Positions 9,828 through 18,738 of a stretch of DNA of 46,930 nt are shown here, in pieces. Source of the stretch: Spirochaetaceae bacterium. Its GTDB lineage: Bacteria > Spirochaetota > Spirochaetia > DSM-27196 > SLAA01. The notes beneath the pieces were generated by a model. That model made no database searches, was not told the origin of the DNA, and saw nothing but the letters and a program-made list of their open reading frames with translations. Each line of letters opens with the position of its first letter. Position 1 is the first letter of the stretch. The DNA lies in the NCBI GenBank assembly GCA_003552665.1, contig PUNW01000392.1, positions 1 to 46,930 of the forward strand, given 5' to 3'. A program made the translations under genes and the position numbers.

Positions 9828-11156
9828 CTATCGGCTCGGCACCGGCACGATCTCAGTGGCTTCGTGCGCGATCGAAACCGTCGCACCGGAGCCTTTCGTC
9901 GTTACCGCATGGTCGACCGCTTCCTGCAGCCCGGTGAAAAGCTCAAGCCCCATCGTTGCAGCCTGCTTCTTGCTGATTCCGTCGGAAACGAGATATACTT
10001 GGGCCTGATTCCGGACTTGAGCCACAGCGAGCGCGGCCGCCGCCCCGACTCTGTCCGAAACCCGGTTCTCTGCGATACGGTTATCGATAACTGTATAATC
10101 GCACGCCAGTAACTGCGCGAACTCCTCGTGTTCGCCTATGCCTTCAACGCACGGAGAAACCAGAATTATTATCCCGTTCGGGCGCACCATCAACTCGGCT
10201 GCGTACAAAGCTTTGGCTGCTTGCCACAGATTGATGTCGCTTGGGTAAGCGCTTGCGATCACGATGTCGGCGCACGCAGTTATTGGGCGAGCATATATTG
10301 ATTCTGCCGCGCGGACGCCGGCGCGGAAGGCCTGTCGAAACTCTCCGGCTACAACCGCGTACAGCTCCTGTTCGTGCGTAAGGACAGTGTTGACAATGAA
10401 GTGTAAGCCGACCTGTTGTGCCACTCCTTCCATCTCTGCGCGAACGCTGTTTTCCACCGCGCCCAGTTGAACGTCCGGAAACTTAGTTATCATAAGGTGC
10501 GTTCCGGCTGTAGTAGCTTCACCTCCGATACCGGGCTGAATAATCTTGGCGCCACCGGACCACCCGCAGTATCTATGGGGTACAATGTTACCGACGCCGA
10601 TTACGAAACCGGCCGTACACGCGATGCGGTTGGCAGTAATCGGTATTCCGCCGGCAGTAGTGCCTAGTTGCACAAGCGCCTCCGGTTGCTCGTAACGATG
10701 GTTATGAACCTCGTAGTGGTCAACAATACTGTCGCCGAGCTTCTGTCTGAGTTCGGAGGCGGTCATCGGCCGATGTGTTCCGCCGGCTATCAGAAACCGA
10801 ATATCCCTACGATCAATTCCGGCGTCTCTCAAATGGTTCACGATATGTGGCGCGATGAGGTGTACCGGGGTGGGCCTGGTGTTATCGTCCACAATCACCG
10901 TTACCGGCACGCGCCTGCCAACCTCCTCGCGTAGGGGCTTCGTGCCGTAAGGTGAGTCTAGTGCTGCGGTGACCAATTCGGTTGCAGGTGCCGGCGGATT
11001 ACGCTGCGCAATACCGAGTTCGTCGACAAGCGAGCCGGCCGGTATTTCAAATGCAATGTGTTTTGAACCGTATCGTACGTGTCGAGTCGTCACTGCCGTA
11101 CCTCTTGCATAAGCGCCGGGCGGTGTGCTCTCGCGGCCGGCACGTTCCGCGAACAT
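9828..11156 (-). CDS. LarA-like nickel-pincer-dependent 2-hydroxyacid racemase/epimerase family protein (DUF2088)
   Basis: VTVIVDDNTRPTP, FLIAGGTHRPM and PHRYCGWSGGAKIIQPGIGG match the LarA family, with the Lys in GGAK at the cofactor-tether position as I recall it. The ATG at 11156 overlaps the upstream TGA (TGATG). An internal GTG start (VTTRHVRYG) is also possible. Confidence 0.75.
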   Translation of the reverse strand: MFAERAGRESTPPGAYARGTAVTTRHVRYGSKHIAFEIPAGSLVDELGIAQRNPPAPATELVTAALDSPYGTKPLREEVGRRVPVTVIVDDNTRPTPVHLIAPHIVNHLRDAGIDRRDIRFLIAGGTHRPMTASELRQKLGDSIVDHYEVHNHRYEQPEALVQLGTTAGGIPITANRIACTAGFVIGVGNIVPHRYCGWSGGAKIIQPGIGGEATTAGTHLMITKFPDVQLGAVENSVRAEMEGVAQQVGLHFIVNTVLTHEQELYAVVAGEFRQAFRAGVRAAESIYARPITACADIVIASAYPSDINLWQAAKALYAAELMVRPNGIIILVSPCVEGIGEHEEFAQLLACDYTVIDNRIAENRVSDRVGAAAALAVAQVRNQAQVYLVSDGISKKQAATMGLELFTGLQEAVDHAVTTKGSGATVSIAHEATEIVPVPSR

Positions 11157-12124
11157 CAACGCGCATCAGTGTTATCTGCTGCAAACCGATTTACCGGGTA
11201 CTCGACCGCTTTTCCGGAAAACAGCAGCACTACCTGATGAGCTGCCTTGATTCGAAGCTCGTCCAAAGCCTCCTCTGAGTACCACGCCGTGTGTCCGGTA
11301 AGTATCGCTCGGGAGTGCATTAATGGATGATCGGGCGGCGGTGGCTCTTGCGGCACCACGTCAAACAGCACCGCTTGCAGTTCTCCCCGATCCAGCGCAG
11401 CTGCCAGCGCTTTGACATCGACTACTTCTCCCCGTGCGGCATTGATGATGACCGCCGTCTCCTTAAGAAGCCGAAGCCGCTCCGCGTTCAACAGGTTGCG
11501 TGTATCATCGGTGAGAGGAACATGCAGTGAAACGTAATCTGAGCTACGGAGCAGCGTTTCCAAATCGACCAACCGGTCGGTGGGCTGCTTGCCCGCATAG
11601 GGGTCATAACACAGGACTGTTAGGCCGAGGCCGTGTGCCTTCTCTGCCACCGCGCGCCCGATACGTCCATATCCGATGATACCGAGGGTCTGGTTCTGCA
11701 GTCGGTACACCGGCCGAATGCGTGCGAAGCCCCAACCGCCCGAACGGTGCTGCTCGTAGAGATCAAACAGTTTGCGGTTGGCCGCTAAGAGAAGCGCAAT
11801 TACGTGAGTGCTCACTTCTTCGACGCAGTAATCCGGAACGTTGGCGATCTGGATGCCTGCTTCGGTCGCCGCGGCGACGTCGATATTATCAACGCCGATG
11901 CCCCAACGTACAATAATGCGGCACCGTTTCATCCGGGCAATGAGTGGTGCGGTGATTGGGTAGAAGCCGTTCAGCACCGCGTCGGCGTTTTCGAGGAGCT
12001 CTTCAAGCCGCTGGCTATCCTCGGCTGTCAGGACCGAGGCACCGATGCGTTCCGCGGCGTCGTTTTCATGCCGCAGATCGGGCCACGGATAATCAGTGAC
12101 AACGATGGTTCTGCCTACAGACAT
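11156..12124 (-). CDS. D-isomer-specific 2-hydroxyacid dehydrogenase (PGDH/CtBP-like)
   Basis: A Rossmann GIIGYGRIGRAV motif is present. ...NAARGEVVD... and ...TGHTAW... mark the catalytic R/E/H region typical of this family. Confidence 0.85.
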   Translation of the reverse strand: MSVGRTIVVTDYPWPDLRHENDAAERIGASVLTAEDSQRLEELLENADAVLNGFYPITAPLIARMKRCRIIVRWGIGVDNIDVAAATEAGIQIANVPDYCVEEVSTHVIALLLAANRKLFDLYEQHRSGGWGFARIRPVYRLQNQTLGIIGYGRIGRAVAEKAHGLGLTVLCYDPYAGKQPTDRLVDLETLLRSSDYVSLHVPLTDDTRNLLNAERLRLLKETAVIINAARGEVVDVKALAAALDRGELQAVLFDVVPQEPPPPDHPLMHSRAILTGHTAWYSEEALDELRIKAAHQVVLLFSGKAVEYPVNRFAADNTDAR

Positions 12125-12169
12125 GCGTAATAGCCTCCTTCGTCGGCGACGAGGGTCTCAGCAACTTCA

Positions 12170-12832
12170 TCACCCTCGCAGTGTGGCAATAACCGCGGCG
12201 GGATCATCAGCGTCTACCACCGCGTGTCCTGCCACAAGCACGGTTGCCCCGGCATCGCGGATACTCTTGTAGTTGGCCAAGTTGACGCCCCCATCTACTT
12301 CAATCTCCAAAGCCTTCCCGAGCTGCGCCGCTCGGTTGGCAATATACTCGATCTTGCGCAAGGCCTGGGGCAGGAACTTCTGCCCGCCGTACCCGGGGTT
12401 TACGGACATGACCAGCACCAGATCGATATCCTCATACACGAACTCAACGGCATCCGGGTGCGTTGCCGGATTGATTGCGACGCCGGCTTGCTTGCCGCAC
12501 TGTTTAATCGAGGTGACAAGGCGTTGCAGATGAATCCCACTGTGTGATTCGGTGTGCACCGTGATTACATCGGCACCGCTGTCGGCAAACGCGCCGATGT
12601 ATTTGTCGGGGTGTACGAGCATCAGATGTACATCCAACGGTAGGTGGGTAACGCGACGGAGGGACTGAATCATCGATTGGCCGAACGACATGTTCGGGAC
12701 AAACACGTTGTCCATGACGTCGCAGTGGATCCAGTCAGCGCCGGCTTCAGTCAGCGTCTTCACGGTGTCCCCAAGATAGGCGAAATCAGCGGTAAGCAAC
12801 GATGGAGCGACTTTGATCATGCCTTTACCCAT
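12170..12832 (-). CDS. rpe: Ribulose-phosphate 3-epimerase
   Basis: MIKVAPSLLTADF...HCDVMDNVFVPNMSFG...DVHLM...MSVNPGYGGQKF...VDGGV contains the canonical Rpe motifs. The start is ATG 12832 or ATG 12820. Confidence 0.9.
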   Translation of the reverse strand: MGKGMIKVAPSLLTADFAYLGDTVKTLTEAGADWIHCDVMDNVFVPNMSFGQSMIQSLRRVTHLPLDVHLMLVHPDKYIGAFADSGADVITVHTESHSGIHLQRLVTSIKQCGKQAGVAINPATHPDAVEFVYEDIDLVLVMSVNPGYGGQKFLPQALRKIEYIANRAAQLGKALEIEVDGGVNLANYKSIRDAGATVLVAGHAVVDADDPAAVIATLRG

Positions 12833-12868
12833 AGATATTACATGGCGATCTGGTGCTTCGCGCAGACC

Positions 12869-13960
12869 CTACGCGAAGCGCCGGGGGGAGAACTCCCGGT
12901 CAATTCGTGAAACCATCATGGATACGACGCTCACAAGCTGTTCGATATCGCGAGTGTCGCATATTTCAATAGGTGAATGCGTGTACCGTGCCGGAAAGCC
13001 CATATCGACACATGCCGTGTACGCACCTTCAAGCTGAACGTATGCGTTGTCGGTGAGCATTCCTAGAGCCGCGAACTCCTGCAAATTGATGCCGAGGCGT
13101 TCCGCGCTCGAGAGGGCCAGGCGGTACAGACCGTGGTGCGCAATAGTGCCGTTCAGCGTTCCGCGACCATGGAAGTTGTACAGCCCGACGGTAGGGCCAT
13201 GGGACACCGCAGTGTCGTACTTGGCGGCGAGATCGGGAGTGTCTCCGGACAACGCAACGTCCATGCAGACGGCTATATCGGGCTTAATCTGGCGCGCAGC
13301 GAGCATGGCCCCCCGCAGGTTAAACTCCTCCCATACCGGCGCAACGAGATAGGTGGTGGCCTTAGGGCGCTCCTTGAACAACGCCTCACCGATGCCGACA
13401 AGCGCAGCGCACCCACCGCGGTTGTCAACAGCGGTACCCGATACCAGGCTACCGGCAAGTTGCGTGAAGCTTGGTTTATAGCAAACGGGACAACCAATCC
13501 GAATTCCAGCCTCGGTAACCTGTGCGCGGCTTTCGGCTCCGATATCGATGAACAGGTTGGTTACAAAATCGACCTTGTATTTTTCCTCAGGCGGAGTGGC
13601 GTGATGCGCTTTGATCGCTATGACACCCGGCAGGTATTCGCCGTCAATGGTCCGGATCGACACTTGCAATGCGGGCAGAACCTTTTCCGGGATCCCGCCC
13701 AGGCGATCGATTTGGATCAACCCGTTCTGCTCGATCTTGCGTACGATAAAACCGAGCTGATCAACGTGGGCAAACACCATAGTAACCGGCGCTTCGCTGT
13801 CCGTACCGTCGATGCGAGCGATGGTGTTGCCGGCCCTATCTATGTATGCGTGATCGGCTACGGACTGAAGCTGCGCGTGCATCTTGGTCGCCATCTTCAT
13901 CTCGTAACCTGAAACGGCCTCGGTCAACATGAAATCTTCCATCAGAGCGGCAATATTCAC
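12869..13960 (-). CDS. M42-family metallopeptidase (FrvX/SgcX/YsdC-like)
   Basis: LTEAVSGYEMKM...MVFAHVDQLGFIV...DNRGGCA...VWEEFNLRGA is the typical M42 pattern. It has a GTG start with an AGGGGG SD. Confidence 0.85.
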   Translation of the reverse strand: MNIAALMEDFMLTEAVSGYEMKMATKMHAQLQSVADHAYIDRAGNTIARIDGTDSEAPVTMVFAHVDQLGFIVRKIEQNGLIQIDRLGGIPEKVLPALQVSIRTIDGEYLPGVIAIKAHHATPPEEKYKVDFVTNLFIDIGAESRAQVTEAGIRIGCPVCYKPSFTQLAGSLVSGTAVDNRGGCAALVGIGEALFKERPKATTYLVAPVWEEFNLRGAMLAARQIKPDIAVCMDVALSGDTPDLAAKYDTAVSHGPTVGLYNFHGRGTLNGTIAHHGLYRLALSSAERLGINLQEFAALGMLTDNAYVQLEGAYTACVDMGFPARYTHSPIEICDTRDIEQLVSVVSMMVSRIDREFSPRRFA

Positions 13961-14148
13961 GGAGCACCCCCTGTGTCTGAAGCGTAGCGTGTCCTAATGA
14001 TACTATCATCGCCACACCGGTACTCGAACTCTGTGAGCTAACAGCGCGAACTCACAACAAAAGGCGATAAAACGCTCTTTAAACTAACAGAAATTCGCAC
14101 GTATTGCAATGGAGAAGGGCTATCGTACGCCCGTTCGCGATAATTCAT

Positions 14149-14177
14149 TTGACACACGTACAGGGGTGCAATACGAT
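14149..14177 (+). promoter_or_regulatory. Sigma70-like promoter upstream of the split transketolase genes
   Basis: TTGACA (14149-14154), a 17-nt spacer, then TACGAT (14172-14177). This would leave a leader of about 250 nt before the ATG at 14434. Confidence 0.3.
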
Positions 14178-14433
14178 GGACAGCGTTGCGACTCAGGCTG
14201 TGGGCGTTGTTCATGCGCTGTCACGATCCTGCCTAGTCCAACGCTCTGGCGTGTAGGTGCCGATGTCTCACGGCAGCGGTGCGGCACGTCAGTATCAATT
14301 AACGCAGCGACTCTAAGCCGGGCGTCCGGTTTGGCATTTGGCAGGGGTACACGTGGGAAGATAGAGCTGCAAGCATCAGATCGGAACCGCGTTTAGAGCG
14401 CTAGACTTTAGTTCAGTTGCGACGGAGGCACGC

Positions 14434-15324
14434 ATGCACGCTCACAGTGAGGCATTGGTGCGCGATATAACGCGCAGGGCATTGGAGTTTCGGATCGACG
14501 TGTTGAACATGGTGTTGGTGAACAATTCAGGTCACATTGGCGGATCATTTTCGGCGGCCGAGATAATAGCAAGTCTGTACTTTCACCATCTGCGCATTGA
14601 TCCGGATAATCCAAAATGGCCCGACCGAGATCGGTTCATTTTGAGCAAGGGCCATGCCTGTCCCATGCTATATGCCGCACTCGCCCATCGGGGCTTTTTC
14701 GAACCGAGCGAGCTTTTGACGTTTCGTTCTTATGGAAGCAGGCTCCAGGGTGCGCCGGACTCTAATAAGACCCCGGGGGTAGAGGTTCCTGCCGGCCCTT
14801 TGGGCCACGGTATAGCGGTTGGTGCCGGTATGGCGCTTGCGCAAAGGTCCCGCGGCAGCAAACCGTCAAGCCTATCGGCGCCTTCGTCAAGGGCGGCGGC
14901 AGGCAGTGTGTATGTTGTGCTCGGTGACGGAGAAATGGCTGCCGGAGTTGTTTGGGAGGGCGCATTGCTGGCGGCGAAATACCACCTTGGTAATCTTACC
15001 GCGATTCTCGATTACAACGGTATTCAGCAGACCGGTGCGACCGCTGAACGTACCGCGCTGGAACCGATAGCTGAGAAGTGGCGTGCTTTCGGGTGGCACG
15101 TTGTTGAAGTCCATGGTCACAATGTAGCCGAAATTTTAGACGCTTTGGACCGCTGTGATGAAGTGCACGCTCAGCCGAGCATGATCATTGCGCGCACCGT
15201 AAAGGGCAAAGGCGTGGATTTCATGGAGTATGACCACGGGTGGCATGGTAAAGCGCCGAGCCAGGAACAGTATAAGGCCGCAATCGAGCAGCTGGAGAAG
15301 GAGATCGAAAAATGGCAGAACTAG
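14434..15324 (+). CDS. Transketolase, N-terminal (TPP/PP-domain) subunit
   Basis: GHIGGSFSAAEIIASLYF, LSKGHA and VLGDGEMAAGVVWE are split-transketolase subunit A motifs. A GGAGG SD precedes it. Confidence 0.9.
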   Translation: MHAHSEALVRDITRRALEFRIDVLNMVLVNNSGHIGGSFSAAEIIASLYFHHLRIDPDNPKWPDRDRFILSKGHACPMLYAALAHRGFFEPSELLTFRSYGSRLQGAPDSNKTPGVEVPAGPLGHGIAVGAGMALAQRSRGSKPSSLSAPSSRAAAGSVYVVLGDGEMAAGVVWEGALLAAKYHLGNLTAILDYNGIQQTGATAERTALEPIAEKWRAFGWHVVEVHGHNVAEILDALDRCDEVHAQPSMIIARTVKGKGVDFMEYDHGWHGKAPSQEQYKAAIEQLEKEIEKWQN

Positions 15325-16268
15325 TATCCATGCGTCACGCCTACGGAGAGGCGTTGGTAGCCCTTGGGCATTCTCGCGCGGATGTTGTAGTACTGGATGC
15401 TGAAGTCTCCAATTCGGATTTCAGCTTCATGTTTCAGGAGGCCTTCCCGGAACGGTTCTATGACGTGGGTATTGCTGAGCAAGCACTCGTGGATGCTGCC
15501 GCCGGTTTCGCCCATGCAGGGTTCCTGCCGCTTGCGAACACCTTTGCCTCCTTTTTTGACGGTAGGGCACTTGAAATGGTGCGTACACATCTGTGTTATG
15601 CTCAGACGAATGTCAAGCTCATGGCGGCATACTCCGGTCTGTCACCCTCCTTCGATGGCCCTACGCATCATTGCATAACCGATCTGGCGATTATGCGCGC
15701 ACTGCCGCGAATGACCGTGGTTGTCCCGGCCGATTGTGAAAGCTTGTCGAGGCTGCTTCCGGCTGTCGCTGATTACCCGGGGCCGGTGTACTTCCGCATT
15801 AGCCGCGCTGAGGTCCCGCGTGTCTACGGAGATGAGTTCAAGCCGACAATTGGGAAGGCTTACACCGTACGGGAGGGCTCGGATGTAACGATCGTTGCCT
15901 GCGGATTGATGGTCAGTAAGGCGATCGAAGCGGCCTCAGTGCTTGGGGAGGCCGGCGTATCCGTACGCATTCTGGATATGCATACGATCAAGCCGTTCGA
16001 CCGCGAAGCCGTGCTCGCGGCAGCAAGGGAAACCAAAGCGCTCGTGACCGCGGAGGAGCATTCTATCGTCGGCGGCTTGGGCGATGCGGTCGCGGCGGTG
16101 ACGGCCGAAGGTTGTCCCGTTCCGCTGCGGCGCGTGGGCGTGGCCGATCAGTTTGCCGAAACCGGTCCCTACGAGACTGTGTTGGAAGGGTGCGGATTGA
16201 CGAGTGAGGCGGTCGTGCAGGCTGCGAACGCGGTGCTTGAGCTCAAAGCGGATGGTGTTCGCAGTTGA
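15312..16268 (+). CDS. Transketolase, C-terminal (Pyr-domain) subunit
   Basis: It overlaps the previous gene by 13 nt. MRHAYGEALVALG...FYDVGIAEQ...GPTHH is typical of subunit B. Confidence 0.9.
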   Translation: MAELVSMRHAYGEALVALGHSRADVVVLDAEVSNSDFSFMFQEAFPERFYDVGIAEQALVDAAAGFAHAGFLPLANTFASFFDGRALEMVRTHLCYAQTNVKLMAAYSGLSPSFDGPTHHCITDLAIMRALPRMTVVVPADCESLSRLLPAVADYPGPVYFRISRAEVPRVYGDEFKPTIGKAYTVREGSDVTIVACGLMVSKAIEAASVLGEAGVSVRILDMHTIKPFDREAVLAAARETKALVTAEEHSIVGGLGDAVAAVTAEGCPVPLRRVGVADQFAETGPYETVLEGCGLTSEAVVQAANAVLELKADGVRS

Positions 16269-16326
16269 GCCTGCGCTACATGGCTATCACTCGGCTTGTC
16301 GGAGTTACGCCCGGCCCCCGTTGAAG

Positions 16327-16356
16327 CGCGCGAGTACGGCGCCCCCGTACCGCGCG
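16327..16356. terminator. GC-rich hairpin between convergent genes (possible bidirectional terminator)
   Basis: The hairpin is CGCGCG-a-GTACGG, loop cgccc, CCGTAC-c-GCGCG. No U-tract follows on either strand. Confidence 0.3.
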
Positions 16357-16396
16357 TAGGGCGTACCTCGCTACAAAGTGGAGCAGGATACGGCTA

Positions 16397-17122
16397 CTAT
16401 CGAACGATGTTGGTCAGACTGCCGATACCTTCGATGCGTACCTCCACGACATCACCTACCTGCATTGGACCCACGCCGGCCGGAGTTCCGGTAGCGACGA
16501 TATCTCCGGGCTCCAGCGTCATCACATTGCTGACGAAACTGATGATGGTAGGGATCGAGAAAATGAGCTCGGCAGTAGAGGAGTTCTGTCGCAACTCGCC
16601 GTTCAGGAGCGTTTCTATTTTCAGGTTCGATGGGTCAAGACTCTCGACGATCCAGGGGCCGCACGGCGCAAATGTGTCGAACCCCTTAGCTCGCGTCATT
16701 TTGCTCTCCAGCAGTTGTATGTCACGTGCGGTGACGTCGTTAAGAATCGTATACCCGCCGATGTAGTCGAAGGCGGTGTCCGTACCGACTGCGCTGCAAC
16801 GCCGCCCAATAACCAGCGCCAGCTCACCTTCGAAATCGACCCGCGAGCTCTGTGCAGGAAATCTAATTGCGTCACGGTGTCCTATGAGTGCGCTGCAAGG
16901 CTTGAGGAAGATTAACGGGTTCTCCGGTACAGGAAGACCGGACTCATCGGCGTGATCGCGATAATTGAGGCCGATACAGACTATTTTGGTTGGGCGACAG
17001 GGAGGCAGAAACGTGACCTCTTCGAAGCTGTACTCGGTGCCCTCCACATACAGGCGCTCGCCCTCAACGTGGCCGGTTTTCACCGAATCGTCATCGCCCA
17101 CAGTAAAACGCGCTTTCTTCAT
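16397..17122 (-). CDS. Fumarylacetoacetate hydrolase (FAH)-family enzyme
   Basis: The start is set at the internal ATG 17122 (MKKARFTV). KIVCIGLNYRDHADE, EGELALVIG and GDIVATGTPAGVG are FAH-family hallmarks. The tracked 62-aa N-terminal extension looks non-coding. Confidence 0.85.
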   Translation of the reverse strand: MKKARFTVGDDDSVKTGHVEGERLYVEGTEYSFEEVTFLPPCRPTKIVCIGLNYRDHADESGLPVPENPLIFLKPCSALIGHRDAIRFPAQSSRVDFEGELALVIGRRCSAVGTDTAFDYIGGYTILNDVTARDIQLLESKMTRAKGFDTFAPCGPWIVESLDPSNLKIETLLNGELRQNSSTAELIFSIPTIISFVSNVMTLEPGDIVATGTPAGVGPMQVGDVVEVRIEGIGSLTNIVR

Positions 17123-17314
17123 CTTTGCACCGCCGCCTGAGAAGGTCCTTCCGGTCAGCATGAAACGCATGGAATCATGCTCACCTTGCGCGAACCGCGC
17201 ATGTCGTGGTGGCTTAGTTGTTGGCTGAGCCCCGGCTCCAAGAATAGTCGCCACATTGCAATCAGTCAAGAAAGCGCGAGACCTTAGCAGCGGAGCCTGA
17301 GTTCCCAATCGGCT

Positions 17315-18460
17315 CTACAGATCGACTGCTGCATCGACGTACCAACTCGCGATCGATTCATAGACTTCCGTGCATCGTATGATGTCCTCGATGGAACAGC
17401 ACTCGTTGGACCTGTGGGCCATATCTATCGCACCTGGTCCAAGGATAACGGTTGGAGGATACTCGAAGTGCTGCTGTAGCACTGCTGCATCGGTGAAATA
17501 GTGAGCGACCTTGGTCGGAAGCGACGGTCTGTAGCATAGCTCAACAGCCTTCTTGACGAACGGGTCTTCGGGATCAGTATAGACCGGCTTCAGATCTAGG
17601 CGTGCGGTCGTTTCGCAGTAGCTTGGGAGATTCTGTCGAATTGCCCGTAAGACAGCCTCGTGCGAAAATCCAGGTACAGACCGAATGTCTACTCCGATTT
17701 CAACGTTGTCAGGTACTGAGTTGATGTTCAATCCGCCGCTAATAGTCCCTATGTTCAAGGTTGGGACTCCCATTACAGCATGCTTGTAGGCGAAGCCGGG
17801 TAAGCTTCGAAGGGCGCTGATCACGTCGCATGAGCGATAAATTGCGTTCACGCCGTTCTCGGGCATTGCGCCGTGTGCAGTGATCCCTGGTACCGAGATC
17901 TTGAGCCATAACGTTCCCTTGTGACCGACCAGCGGTGCGCCGCTGGTTGGTTCTGCGACAATCAAGGCACCGCAGTCTCCCAATGCTTCAGGAGTTGAAA
18001 CGAGCTCCTTTACGCCTTCGCAGCCGGTCTCCTCGCCCCACGATAGAACCAGGGTGATTGCGGCTTGGCGTTCGGTTTTCTGTGAGACCCCTATCGCGGA
18101 GCAGACCAACGCCGCGATACCGCTCTTCATATCGCTTGAGCCTCGTCCGTAAATGTGTCCGTCGTGTACTTCTCCGGCGAAAGGATTCACGCGCCACGCG
18201 ACGTTTCCCAACGGCACTGTGTCGAGGTGGCCTGAAAACACCAGCGGGGCTCTGTGTTCTTGAGGTGTTGTCGCTGGCAAGCGAGCAATAAGGTTAGGCC
18301 GTGATGAGCACTTTCCCCGCATTTCGGTATGGAATCCATGCGTAACAAGTAGCTCCTCGAGGTACGATGCCGCCTCGTGTTCATTGCCGGGTGGGTTGAC
18401 GGTATTGAACGATACGAGCGTTTGTGTCAACCGGACTGGGTCGACCGAGGTGTGTCCCAT
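17315..18460 (-). CDS. M20-family metallohydrolase (ArgE/DapE-like deacylase)
   Basis: LVSFNTVNPPGNE, FSGHLDTVP, YGRGSSDMKSG and SWGEETG match the M20 metal-ligand motifs. An AGGAGA SD precedes it. Confidence 0.85.
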   Translation of the reverse strand: MGHTSVDPVRLTQTLVSFNTVNPPGNEHEAASYLEELLVTHGFHTEMRGKCSSRPNLIARLPATTPQEHRAPLVFSGHLDTVPLGNVAWRVNPFAGEVHDGHIYGRGSSDMKSGIAALVCSAIGVSQKTERQAAITLVLSWGEETGCEGVKELVSTPEALGDCGALIVAEPTSGAPLVGHKGTLWLKISVPGITAHGAMPENGVNAIYRSCDVISALRSLPGFAYKHAVMGVPTLNIGTISGGLNINSVPDNVEIGVDIRSVPGFSHEAVLRAIRQNLPSYCETTARLDLKPVYTDPEDPFVKKAVELCYRPSLPTKVAHYFTDAAVLQQHFEYPPTVILGPGAIDMAHRSNECCSIEDIIRCTEVYESIASWYVDAAVDL

Positions 18461-18702
18461 CTCAAGTCTCCTGCAGAGTGTACGACTCTCGTAAACCTAA
18501 GCTTAGAATATCATATCAGCAACAGTCGCAGTACACCGACGTGACGGAGAAGCCGGTTGCATACCCGCCCCATTGAGCACGGGTAGATCGGCGAGTGGAT
18601 GTCCAGCGGATCGGTGCGCGGGGTGCCGAGCCGGCGTGAACCCGGTACGGGGACACGGAGCTCGCATGTGCCTCCGCTGTAACCCTCGGCGCTGTCCACG
18701 AA

Positions 18703-18723
18703 CCGCACGCTGGCTGCGTGCGG
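18703..18723 (-). terminator. Hairpin just downstream of the cls stop
   Basis: CCGCACGC, loop tggct, GCGTGCGG forms an 8-bp perfect stem 16 nt after the stop. The U-tract is weak. Confidence 0.35.
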
Positions 18724-18738
18724 GCGGAGAGGCGGATG

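Noticed and set aside
13133-13912. 259-aa plus-strand ORF, and similar long ORFs antisense to real genes: 19246-20064, 31073-31714, 31757-32668, 39636-40592, 27042-28103, 27599-28465, 29220-29969 and 44646-45404
   Set aside because: Each lies entirely inside, and antisense or out of frame to, a gene with clear family motifs. Their translations are Arg/Pro/Gly/Ala-rich low-complexity sequence, as expected for spurious frames in GC-rich DNA, and they lack SD sites.
14109-14396. 95-aa ORF in the M42/transketolase spacer
   Set aside because: It has no SD, a Cys/Arg-rich composition and no recognisable family. I treat the region as a promoter or leader instead.
17123-17308. Upstream extensions of several tracked ORFs: FAH 17123-17308, His-rich protein 28478-28657, MCO 32714-32842, SCO1 33465-33602, LivG 7274-7387 and CopCD 27744-27773
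   Set aside because: Internal starts with good SD sites give N-termini typical of each family or proper signal peptides. The extensions overlap neighbouring genes or intergenic promoters.
18461-18738. Cluster of short Arg-rich ORFs between the M20 gene and cls (18511-18708, 18516-18839, 18573-18764)
   Set aside because: They overlap one another in different frames and are low-complexity. The region is better explained as the cls terminator hairpin plus the M20 promoter.
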